A stretch of 64,000 bases of DNA from Epithemia pelagica (Eukaryota > Protista > Bacillariophyta), in NCBI GenBank assembly GCA_946965045.2, contig OX337229.1, positions 4,588,001-4,652,000 on the forward strand, in the 5' to 3' direction. A program made the translations under genes and the position numbers. Positions 33,336 through 43,771 of the stretch are shown one piece after another (positions within the stretch are counted from its first letter, which is position 1; each line of letters starts with the position of its first letter). Under the pieces are notes generated by a model. It did not search any database, was not told the origin of the DNA, and saw only the letters and a program-made list of their open reading frames with translations.

Positions 33336-35468
33336 TTAGCTGGATCAGGACATGAATGCCGTCCCGCCCGTAGTTAATGCTTCTTCGGGCGCTCTTCGAA
33401 AGTACTTTTTGCTTTCAAACTCGGACCCCTCTTCGTAGGGCCGTTGTAAAAGGGCGAAAAGATTAAACAATTCTGCTTCCTCGTTATTGGCCGCAGAGGA
33501 ATAGGCATCGACCAACATCCACTCTCGTAGGACATACTTGGGGTTAGATGCCGCCATTTGCTTATAGGCCTCGTCAGAGCTTCTTCCACTGGCCGTCAAT
33601 GCAGTTCGCCATTCTTCCAACCATACCAACCATTCTTCCCGCAATTCTTGTGATAGTGGCTGGTAAAAGGCTGCTGCTCCCTCATAGGGTTCGTTGCTGC
33701 TCAAATCAAGTGATGAGAGCATGGCACTGTAGTCCTCCGACGAAGCAAAATCTCGTAGTATGTAGGATAGTCTCCTCCAAAACACGGTCCAGTCGGTACG
33801 AGACTTTCGCATCAACGGTTCCAGGTTTTGCCACACGTCATCCCCCACGTCTTGATCAATTTGGAATCCCAACTTGATTCGGAAGACCTCATCAATCTTG
33901 CGTTCAAACACTAGTTTGGCGCGATCCAAAAATTCCTTGCGGACAGGAACCGGGCTGTCGTCGCCCCGAGCGGCGCTAATGACCATACCAACGGATTCGA
34001 CCAGAATCCCATAGTTGGCATAGCCTGCGGACGGCTGATTCATGAATCCAAAGTGATTGCCCGAGCCAGTCCATTTGGCAAAGATGGGATTATACTCCTC
34101 CATCCATCCAAAGGGACCGTAATCCATGGTACGGCCGGCTACCAAGTTGTTGTCGGCATTGAAGTTCCCCTGCGCAAAGCCAACCCGAATCCAGCCCGCC
34201 ACCATGGAAGAAATTCGTTCGGCCGAGAGTGTCAACAAGGTTTCGGCGGCTTTACCAATGTTCCGTGTTTCAATATTGAGGTCGTAGGCCTCCTTTTTAA
34301 ATTCCCTGTAACACACATGCCAAATCAAATCTTCCAGCTCTTTCCATTGACTGGTCGAGGTATCAAAAGGCGAATCTCGCGTGTTGTTTTCGGCACTGGC
34401 CCGTTCGGCTCGACGTGCAAAGAGGTCAAAGTGACCAACGCGGGAGAAACTTGGTGCCACACGACAGGTTATGGCTGCCTTTTCGGTAATGAGAATGTTG
34501 GGATCCGCCTTTTGATTTCGGAGTTGCTGAATGATTTGTTTTCGTTGATCCACGGGATATGCGGCCAGTCGAGGATCGTCCATACCTGGCAATCGCAGTT
34601 TGGCATCGTCGCTGTACCACGGTCGTTGAATGGTATCCTTCTCGCTGACAATGAGTGACAAGGCTCGCGTGGTGGGTATTCCCAGATAGTGCATGGCCTC
34701 ACTGGCCAAAAACTCCCGAATGCTGGACCGCAAAACGGCTCGACCATCGGCACCCCGATGAAAGGGAGTGGTGCCGGCCCCCTTGAGTTGCAATTCGTGG
34801 CCCCGAAACTCGGCAATGCTAATGGCCCGCCCATCACCATATCCATCTCCTGTTCCATAGGGACAATTGTTGGTGTATCGTGTTCCCATAATGGACAAGG
34901 CATAGGGCGTAGCCCATGTTTCGCCCAAGATAAGATTGCCCGACACAAAGTTGACAAAGTCTGTCGATTCCACTTGTGCCTTGGACAATCCCAAGAGATT
35001 TTCTGCCACGTCAGGACTGTGTAGGACGAGGCGGGGTTCTCGGAGCCCAGAGGGCTTGACAAGAACATAATGACCATTGAAGACAGGACGCCGCGTACGG
35101 TTGTCATCATCGTCGTCGAGTCGTTCACGACCTCGACTCTTTTTCAAGTTGTCGGCTGTTTCGGGTGACAATTGTCGAACCCATGAATTATCCAAGACGG
35201 CTCGAACGGAATCTAAGGATGTTGTTTCTTTGTCTGAGGTGGTTGTCGCCGATTGAAAAGCCGCTTCCGCATGGGTTTTCGTTGAAGTTGACATGGAAGA
35301 CATGTTGCGTGAAAGTGGTGGTTGGATCCAAGCCACGGCTGACGACGAGCAGCAAATAGATAAGAATGCCGCAAACAGAGGAGGGTAGTAAGGGGATCGA
35401 ACGGTCGTTCTCCAGTTGGTGCTTGTACTTTGGGGTTTTACCAAATGCATTGACTGTCTCACAAGCAT
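33336..35468 (-). CDS. SELENOO: Selenoprotein O (SelO/YdiU protein adenylyltransferase) with C-terminal selenocysteine, ~710 aa
   Basis: YGDGRAIS, ELQLKGAGTTPFHRGADGRAVLRSSIREFLASEAM, GFAQGNFNADN, TMDYGPFG and NPKYVLREW are SelO motifs. The 3' end reads ATG TCC TGA TCC AGC TAA, so TGA 33347-33345 is read as Sec. Start 35468 or 35450. Confidence 0.92.
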
Positions 35469-35656
35469 TGTCGTCAACGAACGGGCGCTGCCACTGCAAT
35501 GGGAGAGCGTCCACTGGGATGATGAGAGTGGATTATTTTGGCAAGCCCAATGATTCACCAGCGTCTGTTTGGTGAGACACGTTCTTGTAAGGCCTTGTCT
35601 TCGTTGTAGTTTCAAGACCGATCTCACCGCGCTAGCACGTTTCCAATCAGACAACT

Positions 35657-35677
35657 TTAGGGTTAGGGTTAGGGTTA
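35657..35677 (+). repeat. Interstitial telomere-type repeat (TTAGGG)3TTA
   Basis: TTAGGG at 35657, 35663 and 35669, then TTA. Confidence 0.8.
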
Positions 35678-35725
35678 CAACACAAAGTGATTAGGCCATT
35701 GCCAATCATTGAGACATGAGACGTC

Positions 35726-35842
35726 TACCCCCCAGCGAGGGTTAGGTTTTAGGATGCTAGAGAGTGTATGCACTGAGTAAGGGAATGTACTCGTAGAAAA
35801 TGACTCTCTAGCAGCCTAAAAACTTACCCCCGTTGGGGGTTA
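35726..35842. mobile_element. Foldback MITE, copy B (117 bp, perfect 10-bp TSD)
   Basis: 40-bp ungapped TIRs 35726-35765 / 35803-35842 (34/40). Perfect direct repeat ATGAGACGTC at 35716-35725 and 35843-35852. Confidence 0.85.
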
Positions 35843-36316
35843 ATGAGACGTCGATTTTCTCGTGAATAGAGCTATGTTTGCGTCATTTTGGATATATCTG
35901 AGGATGACGTCATCCACATTCCACAAGGCAACCGGAAATGCTCGCGGAGGAGGTCGCACATAAAGGTATTTGCTGGGGTCGCACATGCCAACAGTGACGT
36001 TGAAGAAGAAGAAGAAAAAGACGCACCATGAGACGTGATAGTTTTGGAGTGATCAGCAAAACAGGAGTACCAACGATGTGTTGGAGACTTTACCAAGTAC
36101 CGGTGTCTGCGCATTAATATAGGAAGATGGAGTCATCGTGGAAAAAACTACAGTTACGGGAGAGGTTGGAGTTGCCACGACAGAATGGATGGGAATGGAC
36201 GGGACGATGGATATGGATGGATGTTGGGCAAGACACAGCTATGCTGTCACAAAGCAATTTGATCGCAGTCCTCTCATTAAAAATTCTTGCTACTTCAGTG
36301 AAAGTACTTGCCTACC

Positions 36317-38080
36317 ATGATGACAACGTTTGAAAATGCGGATCGTCACCATCGACGCCGTGCCGACCGAGAGCGCCATTTGCATGCCATGGAAGACATT
36401 GTTCGGAGTTCGGATATTCTTTCGAGTCCTACCATCGAGGAAGCACCCGCCGCTGCCGTCGATGTCTTGGTCGGTGAGCCGCTCGCCAAACAGGAAGTGA
36501 GCAATGGCCGTGAAAAAGGCAAACGGGCAAGACGGGGAGGGTTCAAACAAGAGAAAGCACTCCCTCTAGTGTGCGGTGCCATTGTAGTACTTGTTCTTTT
36601 GTTGACGGTAACTTTGTCCTCGAACAACAAGGGGGATGATGAGGACGGAAACGTCGCCCGAGACAAGGCACAAGAAGCGGAATCCTTGAAACGTTACATG
36701 AGTTTGTTCTCACAAATCTTGGATTGGGAAGTTACGAACAGGACTGTCCTTGAAGACCAAGAGAGTTCCGCCTCCAAAGCCTTACATTGGTTGGCCTATG
36801 AAGATTTGGAAACGGTTCATTTTGAAAATATTCGCACACGTTTTGCTTTGGCCACCCTCTATTACAGTTCCTTTCACAACGAGTCGGAATGGGAGACGTC
36901 TCAATATTGGCTTTCGTCTTACCCCGTCTGCTTTTGGCACGGAATTGAATGCATTGGAGAACGTGAAGATGACATTGGTTTGGTTAGGGGTTTGAATCTT
37001 TCCTCTAATAACCTTGTCGGATCCATTCCGCCCGAACTCTCTCTCCTTCAAAAGGACATTCAGGTGTTGGACTTGTCTTTCAACTATCTCTGGGGAAGTA
37101 TCCCGGATGAAATTGGACGAAGTATGGTGAATCTCCGTCATGTCTACCTTGGTCCCAATCGCCTCTCGTCGGTCATTCCCCAGTCACTTTTTGACTTGCG
37201 CCATTTGACTCACTTGTACCTGGATAGCTGTCGTCTCTCTGGAACCCTCCCTCACTCGATTGGCCTCTTGACCAACCTCCAGGGCCTCGCGATCCACGAT
37301 AATTACTTTACTGGTTCGATCCCTCCGGAAATTGGGCAATTGACCGCATTACGAGTTTTGAACTTGGACGTGAACGCTTTGACTGGGTCCATCCCAAGCT
37401 CTATCGGATTCCTCACAGGGTTAGTGGATTTGCGTCTCAACAATAATCACATGACTGGTACGGTACCGGCCGAGCTTTCTCGTTTGTCGTTGCTGGAAGT
37501 GCTATATCTTGGGGACAATGAACTTGCTGGGAACTTGGAGGCTATTGACTTTGTCATGATGCCCTTGTTGGGTGACATTCAACTCCAAAATAACTTGATG
37601 GAGGGCACCATTCCAGAGTCGGTGGGATTCTTAGCTTTGCTGGAAACGCTCTACTTGGATAGAAACTTGCTGCATGGGCCGATTCCTCCATCATTGGGAA
37701 ATGACCTATTTCTACAGGCATTGTGCTTGTCCAACAATAGCTTGGTGGGTCCCATCCCTTCCCAGCTCGGGCGCCTTTTCAAACTGTTGCACTTGAAAGT
37801 GGACCAAAACGACTTGACTGGAGAGATTCCTGTTGAGATTGGAAATCTTGTCGAGTTGAAGACACTTTGGGTCCACAACAATACATTGGTCCGGTCCATT
37901 CCCATGCAAGTTGGGGGCATGTCCAAGCTTGAGACGGCTCGTTTTCATGGAAACTCCATCACGGGCGTCGTTCCCACTGCTCTTTGCAACAATGAATCCA
38001 CTCCGTTCCTTGCCGATTTGACGACGGATTGCAAGCGTGGAAAAGTGTTTTGCCCGTGTTGCTCGTTGTGCTACGAGTAA
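36317..38080 (+). CDS. Single-pass membrane leucine-rich-repeat protein (diatom-expanded receptor-like family)
   Basis: TM LPLVCGAIVVLVLLLTVTL; N-cap ALATLYYS…W…CFWHGIEC; about 13 plant-type LRRs (LxLxxNxLxGxIP); C-terminal DC…CPCCSLC. No kinase domain. Confidence 0.9.
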   Translation: MMTTFENADRHHRRRADRERHLHAMEDIVRSSDILSSPTIEEAPAAAVDVLVGEPLAKQEVSNGREKGKRARRGGFKQEKALPLVCGAIVVLVLLLTVTLSSNNKGDDEDGNVARDKAQEAESLKRYMSLFSQILDWEVTNRTVLEDQESSASKALHWLAYEDLETVHFENIRTRFALATLYYSSFHNESEWETSQYWLSSYPVCFWHGIECIGEREDDIGLVRGLNLSSNNLVGSIPPELSLLQKDIQVLDLSFNYLWGSIPDEIGRSMVNLRHVYLGPNRLSSVIPQSLFDLRHLTHLYLDSCRLSGTLPHSIGLLTNLQGLAIHDNYFTGSIPPEIGQLTALRVLNLDVNALTGSIPSSIGFLTGLVDLRLNNNHMTGTVPAELSRLSLLEVLYLGDNELAGNLEAIDFVMMPLLGDIQLQNNLMEGTIPESVGFLALLETLYLDRNLLHGPIPPSLGNDLFLQALCLSNNSLVGPIPSQLGRLFKLLHLKVDQNDLTGEIPVEIGNLVELKTLWVHNNTLVRSIPMQVGGMSKLETARFHGNSITGVVPTALCNNESTPFLADLTTDCKRGKVFCPCCSLCYE

Positions 38081-38433
38081 TACGGACTCCGTACGCATGG
38101 CGGGAATTTTGCCACGCTTGTAGGCAGGAACGGGAGCTGTATGCCAAATGCTCGAAGTTTTGTTATGCTGGAGATAGTTTATCGACTCGTACGAAGGATT
38201 GTTCAGTTATAGGAAACTCTGGAACTCCATATTGTAGTTATAGGAAAGGTGACATCATCATGTCAACGTACATCATTGTCTACTCAGTTATCTATAATCT
38301 AAGTATTGTGGATTCGTTCAGGATGGAGCTATGGAAGGAACGGAAAAGTTTCATACATCGTACCAAGTACGCAATACGTAACGTAATCATTCCCATCAAG
38401 ATGATCTAAAAGAGAAAGCCATGGAAATGCACT

Positions 38434-39656
38434 TCATACTGCTTCGGCGAGCATTTCTCCCACTTCCTCAAGTTCCATATGATCGAGATAGTGGAACTGA
38501 AGTCCTTCAAAGTAGACCACATCACCCGAAGAAGGTGCAGGTCCTCGATGTTTAGTGACAGAGAGCGGGTCATGATCAACCTTCCCCACCGTTGTTGTGG
38601 CTTTCTGGAACGGAAGAATCAAGGGGGGCGGAGAGATGACACGTGGTGTGTGGTCCGCTGGATTCCTCCGTAGAAGGGCAAACCCCGGCATCTCAAACGC
38701 GCTGTAGGATCGAACAGGATCTTTCTGGACAACGGACGACTCAATAGAGCCATCACCCTGAACAAAGGAAACTTTGCGCCCTGTAGTCTCTGAGTGACCA
38801 ATCGACGAGGCACACTCTTTCTTCGTAGTCTGCTCTTGATGTTCAGGTATGGGTTTGGTTTTGTCTTCCTTGCGGACCTGTCCCTGAATGTTTGAAAGGC
38901 ATGGCTGCATCGCGTAGAAATCTGGTTCTGTCTCCGGAGATGATGCAGCCTTTAGGCCATTTCCCTTCACTCGTGTACGGACCATGAAGCGACACAAGTC
39001 TGGGCGTCCACGGATAAAGTACTCATGATAGTAGCTGCAGATAGTTGATACACACCAAGAGTGATAAGATTTCTGTGATAGAGAATCAGCACACATTGAA
39101 AGTCTTCTCACTTACCCTCCTCGATCTCTCCCCGCAGTTAGTCGAATGAAGCCATATAAGTTGAGTTGTCGCTGAAAGCTTGTTAACTTGGTTTGTTGGA
39201 AGAATCTTGATGGAACGCATAGAAGTTAGAGACGGATCAAGTGAACATGGAACAATTAGGGACCTGATTCCTTCATGGAACTTACCGTGGCATGATTTCA
39301 GAGACAAAGACATCTTTCTTCCGGATAATGAAGCATCTTCCATGGACTTTCCAACCTACTACATCATCGTAACCATCTCGTTCAGAAGCAACTAGCATCG
39401 AGAACAGCTTTTCTGGAAATGCGAGTGTTGCTCCGCCTCGTTGCGATGACGATACCGACCTACAGTGGTCCGCATCATACTGATCCATCAAGCTCGGGTC
39501 TGGAAGCGGATCGTGGTAGTGGTCATGATACTTGTGTTCCACAAAATGTCGGTTTGCAGGCCGTTGCCTTTCCGATCGATCCACCAGACGAGTAGCGCGT
39601 TTGGTACCAGGTGATACAGGAGAGCCCGTGAGCCTTGGGTCGTGATCCATGGCCAT
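38434..39656 (-). CDS. HSF-type DNA-binding transcription factor
   Basis: Exons 39656-39286, 39205-39116, 39034-38434. Spliced FPEKLFSML…WKVHGRCF…MPRFFQQTKLTSFQRQLNLYGFIRL…GYYHEYFIRGRPDLC. Confidence 0.92.
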
Positions 39657-40880
39657 GTTTTACTCTAGATTCGAAGCTTTACTTGGTTTACGTTGTTCCG
39701 ACCCCGTGAAGATAAAATGGATGCATCTAGGATCACCCACAACCAAAAGGGCCTGCTGGAATACATCAGACACAAATCATTGATATGATGTGTCTGATCG
39801 ATGGCGATTCAGATTCACGACACGGGACAGAGCATGCCAAAAAGTTTTTTCTGCCGGGTTTCTGGTATTTTTGTATCGCAGCGACGTCGCAAGAACATAC
39901 AAACTGAACCATGTGTTAATTACAGATATCCAGACATGAAGCGTTCTTCAGGTGCCCAGCTCATTGAGAATTTCGAGTTTTAGTGAGTAACTGTAATTTA
40001 ACCGCTGATTCATAACAGGGGCCATCCTCTGTGATGTCCGATGTCTGTCTCACCGAGAAGCAAGAATGATTGGTAGCAGCTCTCCGTTGTTTTTGATTGG
40101 CTATGAATTCCTCTCTCAATCCATCTGAACAGAGAAAGCAGAACATAAAACGAGAAACGAGAACTTTCAGGACCAAACTACCAAGAGTCTCGAGGTACAC
40201 CTAAGTGCTCTGAATCCATAATAATCTGGAAGAAGTAACAGTTTCCAAAGATAGAATCTGATAGTCTCACTGGATATTGTATCTTCGAGATGAAGAAGTA
40301 CGGATAGTCCCTTCGTTTCTTGTGCTCCTTACCGTTTACTTATTATTTCAGTGGCTATTGTTCAAGTGAGGAACATTACGAGTACGTTGATAGCGCAGAA
40401 CAAGATGGTTGATATCGTGTTCTTGAATGGAACATTCTTGTTGCCTACGACAGCAACCCGTGCATTCCAAGTGCCGGAAGGAAGCAACCGACATTGACAT
40501 CTCACATCTGATTGGTGACATCTGTTGTCACTTTCAAGGACCACTCCTACACACTTTGGACGCTTATGGATCGCAGAAGACTTTTAATGAGATCGACACG
40601 TGGAGGCTCATAGAAATGGATGGTCGCCTTAAACACGTATGAGTATGAGCAACGAATGGCCGCGGTCGCTCTATGGCCCATCAGAAGTTCGTCCCTTCTT
40701 CTTCTGATGCCAAACATCATCGGTCACGGACGACCATGTGAGATTGCCTCGACGAGAGCAAAGACTCTTCCGCGACGTTTGAGAACAGAGGCAGCTTACG
40801 AGATTGACAAGAAGAGATCAGAAAGAACCTAAGCGAATCTTTCTTGCCTCATTCAAGAACGATCCAGATTCTTTAGCCCC

Positions 40881-42845
40881 ATGTCAATCCATCATTTGGC
40901 TGTCCATCCAATGTCGACTGCGCTCTTTCCGCCTGGCACATCACAGCAGAAATCTTTATCGGCAATTCGAAGGCTGATTCGGATACGAGCCGAATTTCAT
41001 CGTGGAGTATCGACGTTTCCTTCTTCGACTTCTTGTCGTCGTGAATGGATCAGGCGGGAGCTGCCGAAGTGGAGGACTCACATCAATTGCGCGGCAATTC
41101 GACCGCTCTCCGACTTCTCTCAATCAGCATCGAACGCTGAAGAGAGCAAGGGGTTCTCCTCCACGAGCGGTGCGCAAAATCACGATCAAAGAGAAAATAG
41201 CGAGATTTCAGAAAGTGAGGGACCAGAGGAAAGCGCCGAGACGAATGCTGCAGATAAAGTTAGCAATGTCGATCTAGAAGAGCTATTGAACAGTCTAAAT
41301 CTGGTCGAAACTACACAGCATGTCCAAAGTCCCGTCATTGAAGATGTCCAGTTTTGCAAGGATACTGCGAATAAGTTCGAAAGGTTCTTAAGCCAATTTT
41401 GTCAAAGAATCGAGACAAGTGATATCTCAAACAGTGAGGATCTAGCGCAGGGGAGGGAGCTGTTATCGGCCGAAAATGTCAGTTTGGCTTTCTGGATGCT
41501 CTCAAAGTGTCGCTATGAGCCCCAGGAACTATCACAAAAAGCCCGCCAGTGGGAGAAGTATCTTGGACAGCTCAAATCGACACCACTGACGGACACTCTC
41601 TCCTTACGTTTGTTGGTGGCGAATGCCAAGGCAGGTAATGTTGGCCGCGTATTGTCTTTGTTGCAACTACGTCGAGCACGATCCTTTCCCCCTAGTGAAG
41701 AGGAATATAATCGGGCTGTACGTTCCTTGCAAATATCAAGTTGGTCACAACACAAGGACGGGGTTCGTAACATTTTCTTGCACGATTCTCAACAACCGGA
41801 GATTGACAACCCGACTCGGTGGCTGGACGCTATTCTTCTCAACATGTCTCAACGAGGTTTTCCTCTCACAACGCCAATAGCAAACCGCATGATTGACTGT
41901 TACTCGGCTACCGGTGGCCGAACTGGAAAAGCAGTGCACCATTTCTACCGCGTGGTCCGTCAGGGCATTCTGACGTTGTCGCCCGAGGAACAACCAAAAT
42001 ACACTGACGAGATGCCGCATGACTATTTCTATGTTCCCGAAAGTGAGAAGCTTGTTTATCAACCTATTAAGGTGAAGGTCAAGTTCAATGAAGGGGCTCC
42101 GCCTTTCTACAAAGTTCCATCTACAGCAAAAGGAAGATTGCTATATGATCAAAACTCGGAAATTGGAAAGTTGAAACTAGACCAGGAACTTAAACCCGAA
42201 TACTCACAGCCCTTGGCCGCTGCTTTCGCATTTGCGGATTCCCTTCAGCACGGAGCCTGTGGTCATGAACCGATTGTCTTGGATGTTGGTAGCTACAATG
42301 CGCTCATCAAAGCTTGCGTGTGCCGCGGTGCACTTTGGAGAGCGATGCATGTTTTGGATACAACCATGAAGTCGGCAGGGATATCACCCAACACTCGCAG
42401 TTACAATTTTCTTCTTTCAGGGCTAGCTGCTGTTGGTGATGTTGTGACATCGCAAGAGTATTTCCTCAAAATGCACAACTCCGGGATCCAGCCAGATAGT
42501 CAGACCGTCAGTACAATTGTGGATGGACTACTGAACATGAATGATATGCCTGGTGCAGTGACAGTGGTTCAAGACTTTTTCAACCAACACATGGTCTTGC
42601 CACACGTATGGACTCACAGCAAGATACTGGAACTGTGTCTGGGACAAGGAATGGTTTATGAAGCAAAGCGCTATTGTTATTTTATCCAGCAACTTTGGAA
42701 GTGGGAACCGAACAAATATCACAGTGAAGCATTTGTGGACGTAATGCGCACAACTCAGAAGAGCCCGGGACTGCAAAAAGAAGCATTGAAAAAGATGTTT
42801 GCCTATTTCGGAGAAGAGCTCAAAGAATCTGACTTTTTGCCCTGA
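40881..42845 (+). CDS. Pentatricopeptide-repeat protein, probably mitochondrial
   Basis: PPR repeats SYNALIKAC…GISPNTRSYNFLLSGLA…GIQPDSQTVSTIVDGL; Arg/Ser-rich N-terminus. Confidence 0.8.
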   Translation: MSIHHLAVHPMSTALFPPGTSQQKSLSAIRRLIRIRAEFHRGVSTFPSSTSCRREWIRRELPKWRTHINCAAIRPLSDFSQSASNAEESKGFSSTSGAQNHDQRENSEISESEGPEESAETNAADKVSNVDLEELLNSLNLVETTQHVQSPVIEDVQFCKDTANKFERFLSQFCQRIETSDISNSEDLAQGRELLSAENVSLAFWMLSKCRYEPQELSQKARQWEKYLGQLKSTPLTDTLSLRLLVANAKAGNVGRVLSLLQLRRARSFPPSEEEYNRAVRSLQISSWSQHKDGVRNIFLHDSQQPEIDNPTRWLDAILLNMSQRGFPLTTPIANRMIDCYSATGGRTGKAVHHFYRVVRQGILTLSPEEQPKYTDEMPHDYFYVPESEKLVYQPIKVKVKFNEGAPPFYKVPSTAKGRLLYDQNSEIGKLKLDQELKPEYSQPLAAAFAFADSLQHGACGHEPIVLDVGSYNALIKACVCRGALWRAMHVLDTTMKSAGISPNTRSYNFLLSGLAAVGDVVTSQEYFLKMHNSGIQPDSQTVSTIVDGLLNMNDMPGAVTVVQDFFNQHMVLPHVWTHSKILELCLGQGMVYEAKRYCYFIQQLWKWEPNKYHSEAFVDVMRTTQKSPGLQKEALKKMFAYFGEELKESDFLP

Positions 42846-43771
42846 TTGGAGGAAGATGTGCAAGGTCTGATTCGCTAACGATGAAGGGGACCAAACGTGA
42901 AACGAAGCCTCTTCTTTCTGGATGACTTTGAGATCGAAATCATGATTAACTCAGCTTTCTCACCCTACTGGTGGTGAACACGCGCCTCGGTTTGAACGAA
43001 GCCTCCTGTAAGAGAAGTGCTCGACATCCGACTCGTTTATTCAAGCAAGCGGATCTCTTTAGTACATTATACATAACATACTCGTATAATGCCACCGAAC
43101 CTAAGTGCAATAAAGCCGCCGAGAGCAAGTCCCGTCCTCCAACCTCCAAGTGCTAGGTCTCCAAGCGTTAGGTAGAGCTTGGGGCTTCCTTGTCAATACT
43201 GGGTATCTACTACTACTACGAGTACTGGTACTACCCCTATCTCTATCACCAACATGACGCCAGGGCCATAACTTTTTCATGGTCAACAGTCGAAAGTCGA
43301 AAAGCACAATACGCGAACAAGTATACTTTTTCGTGTGTCCGTAGTCCTAGCTTATCTCGCATACTCGTACGAGCTCGTACAATATTGGCTAAGGAGGAGG
43401 GCAATTTATTGTACAAGACAGCTATTGTAATAGCCCAAATCTATGCCCTCTCTCTTACTGCCAACTCCTGTGATAGTAGGATGCTGGTTGGGGTTCGGCC
43501 TCAAGGCATCAAAGGCTAAAACGTACGACATTCTTCCCATAGCGTTTCTTTACCTGAAGTTTGTTGGGCTCGTTTAGCAACGGTCATAAATCGTTTGTAT
43601 GCAGCGACGAGTAGTAGAACGTGTAGAGAGTACCGAAAGAGAAACCTGTTGGGGAATTGACCACTCAGTCTAAACAAAACAACCAGATCAAACTGGCTTC
43701 ATCTCTTTCCCCTCCATCCTTTCTATGTTACAGTTGTGTATCAGAGCCTACACCCAAACAACAACGGCAAA

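Noticed and set aside
40420-40437. Heat-shock element (TTC/GAA pentamers) upstream of HSF and PPR genes
   Set aside because: Order is TTC-GAA-GAA-TTC, not three alternating units; expected by chance.
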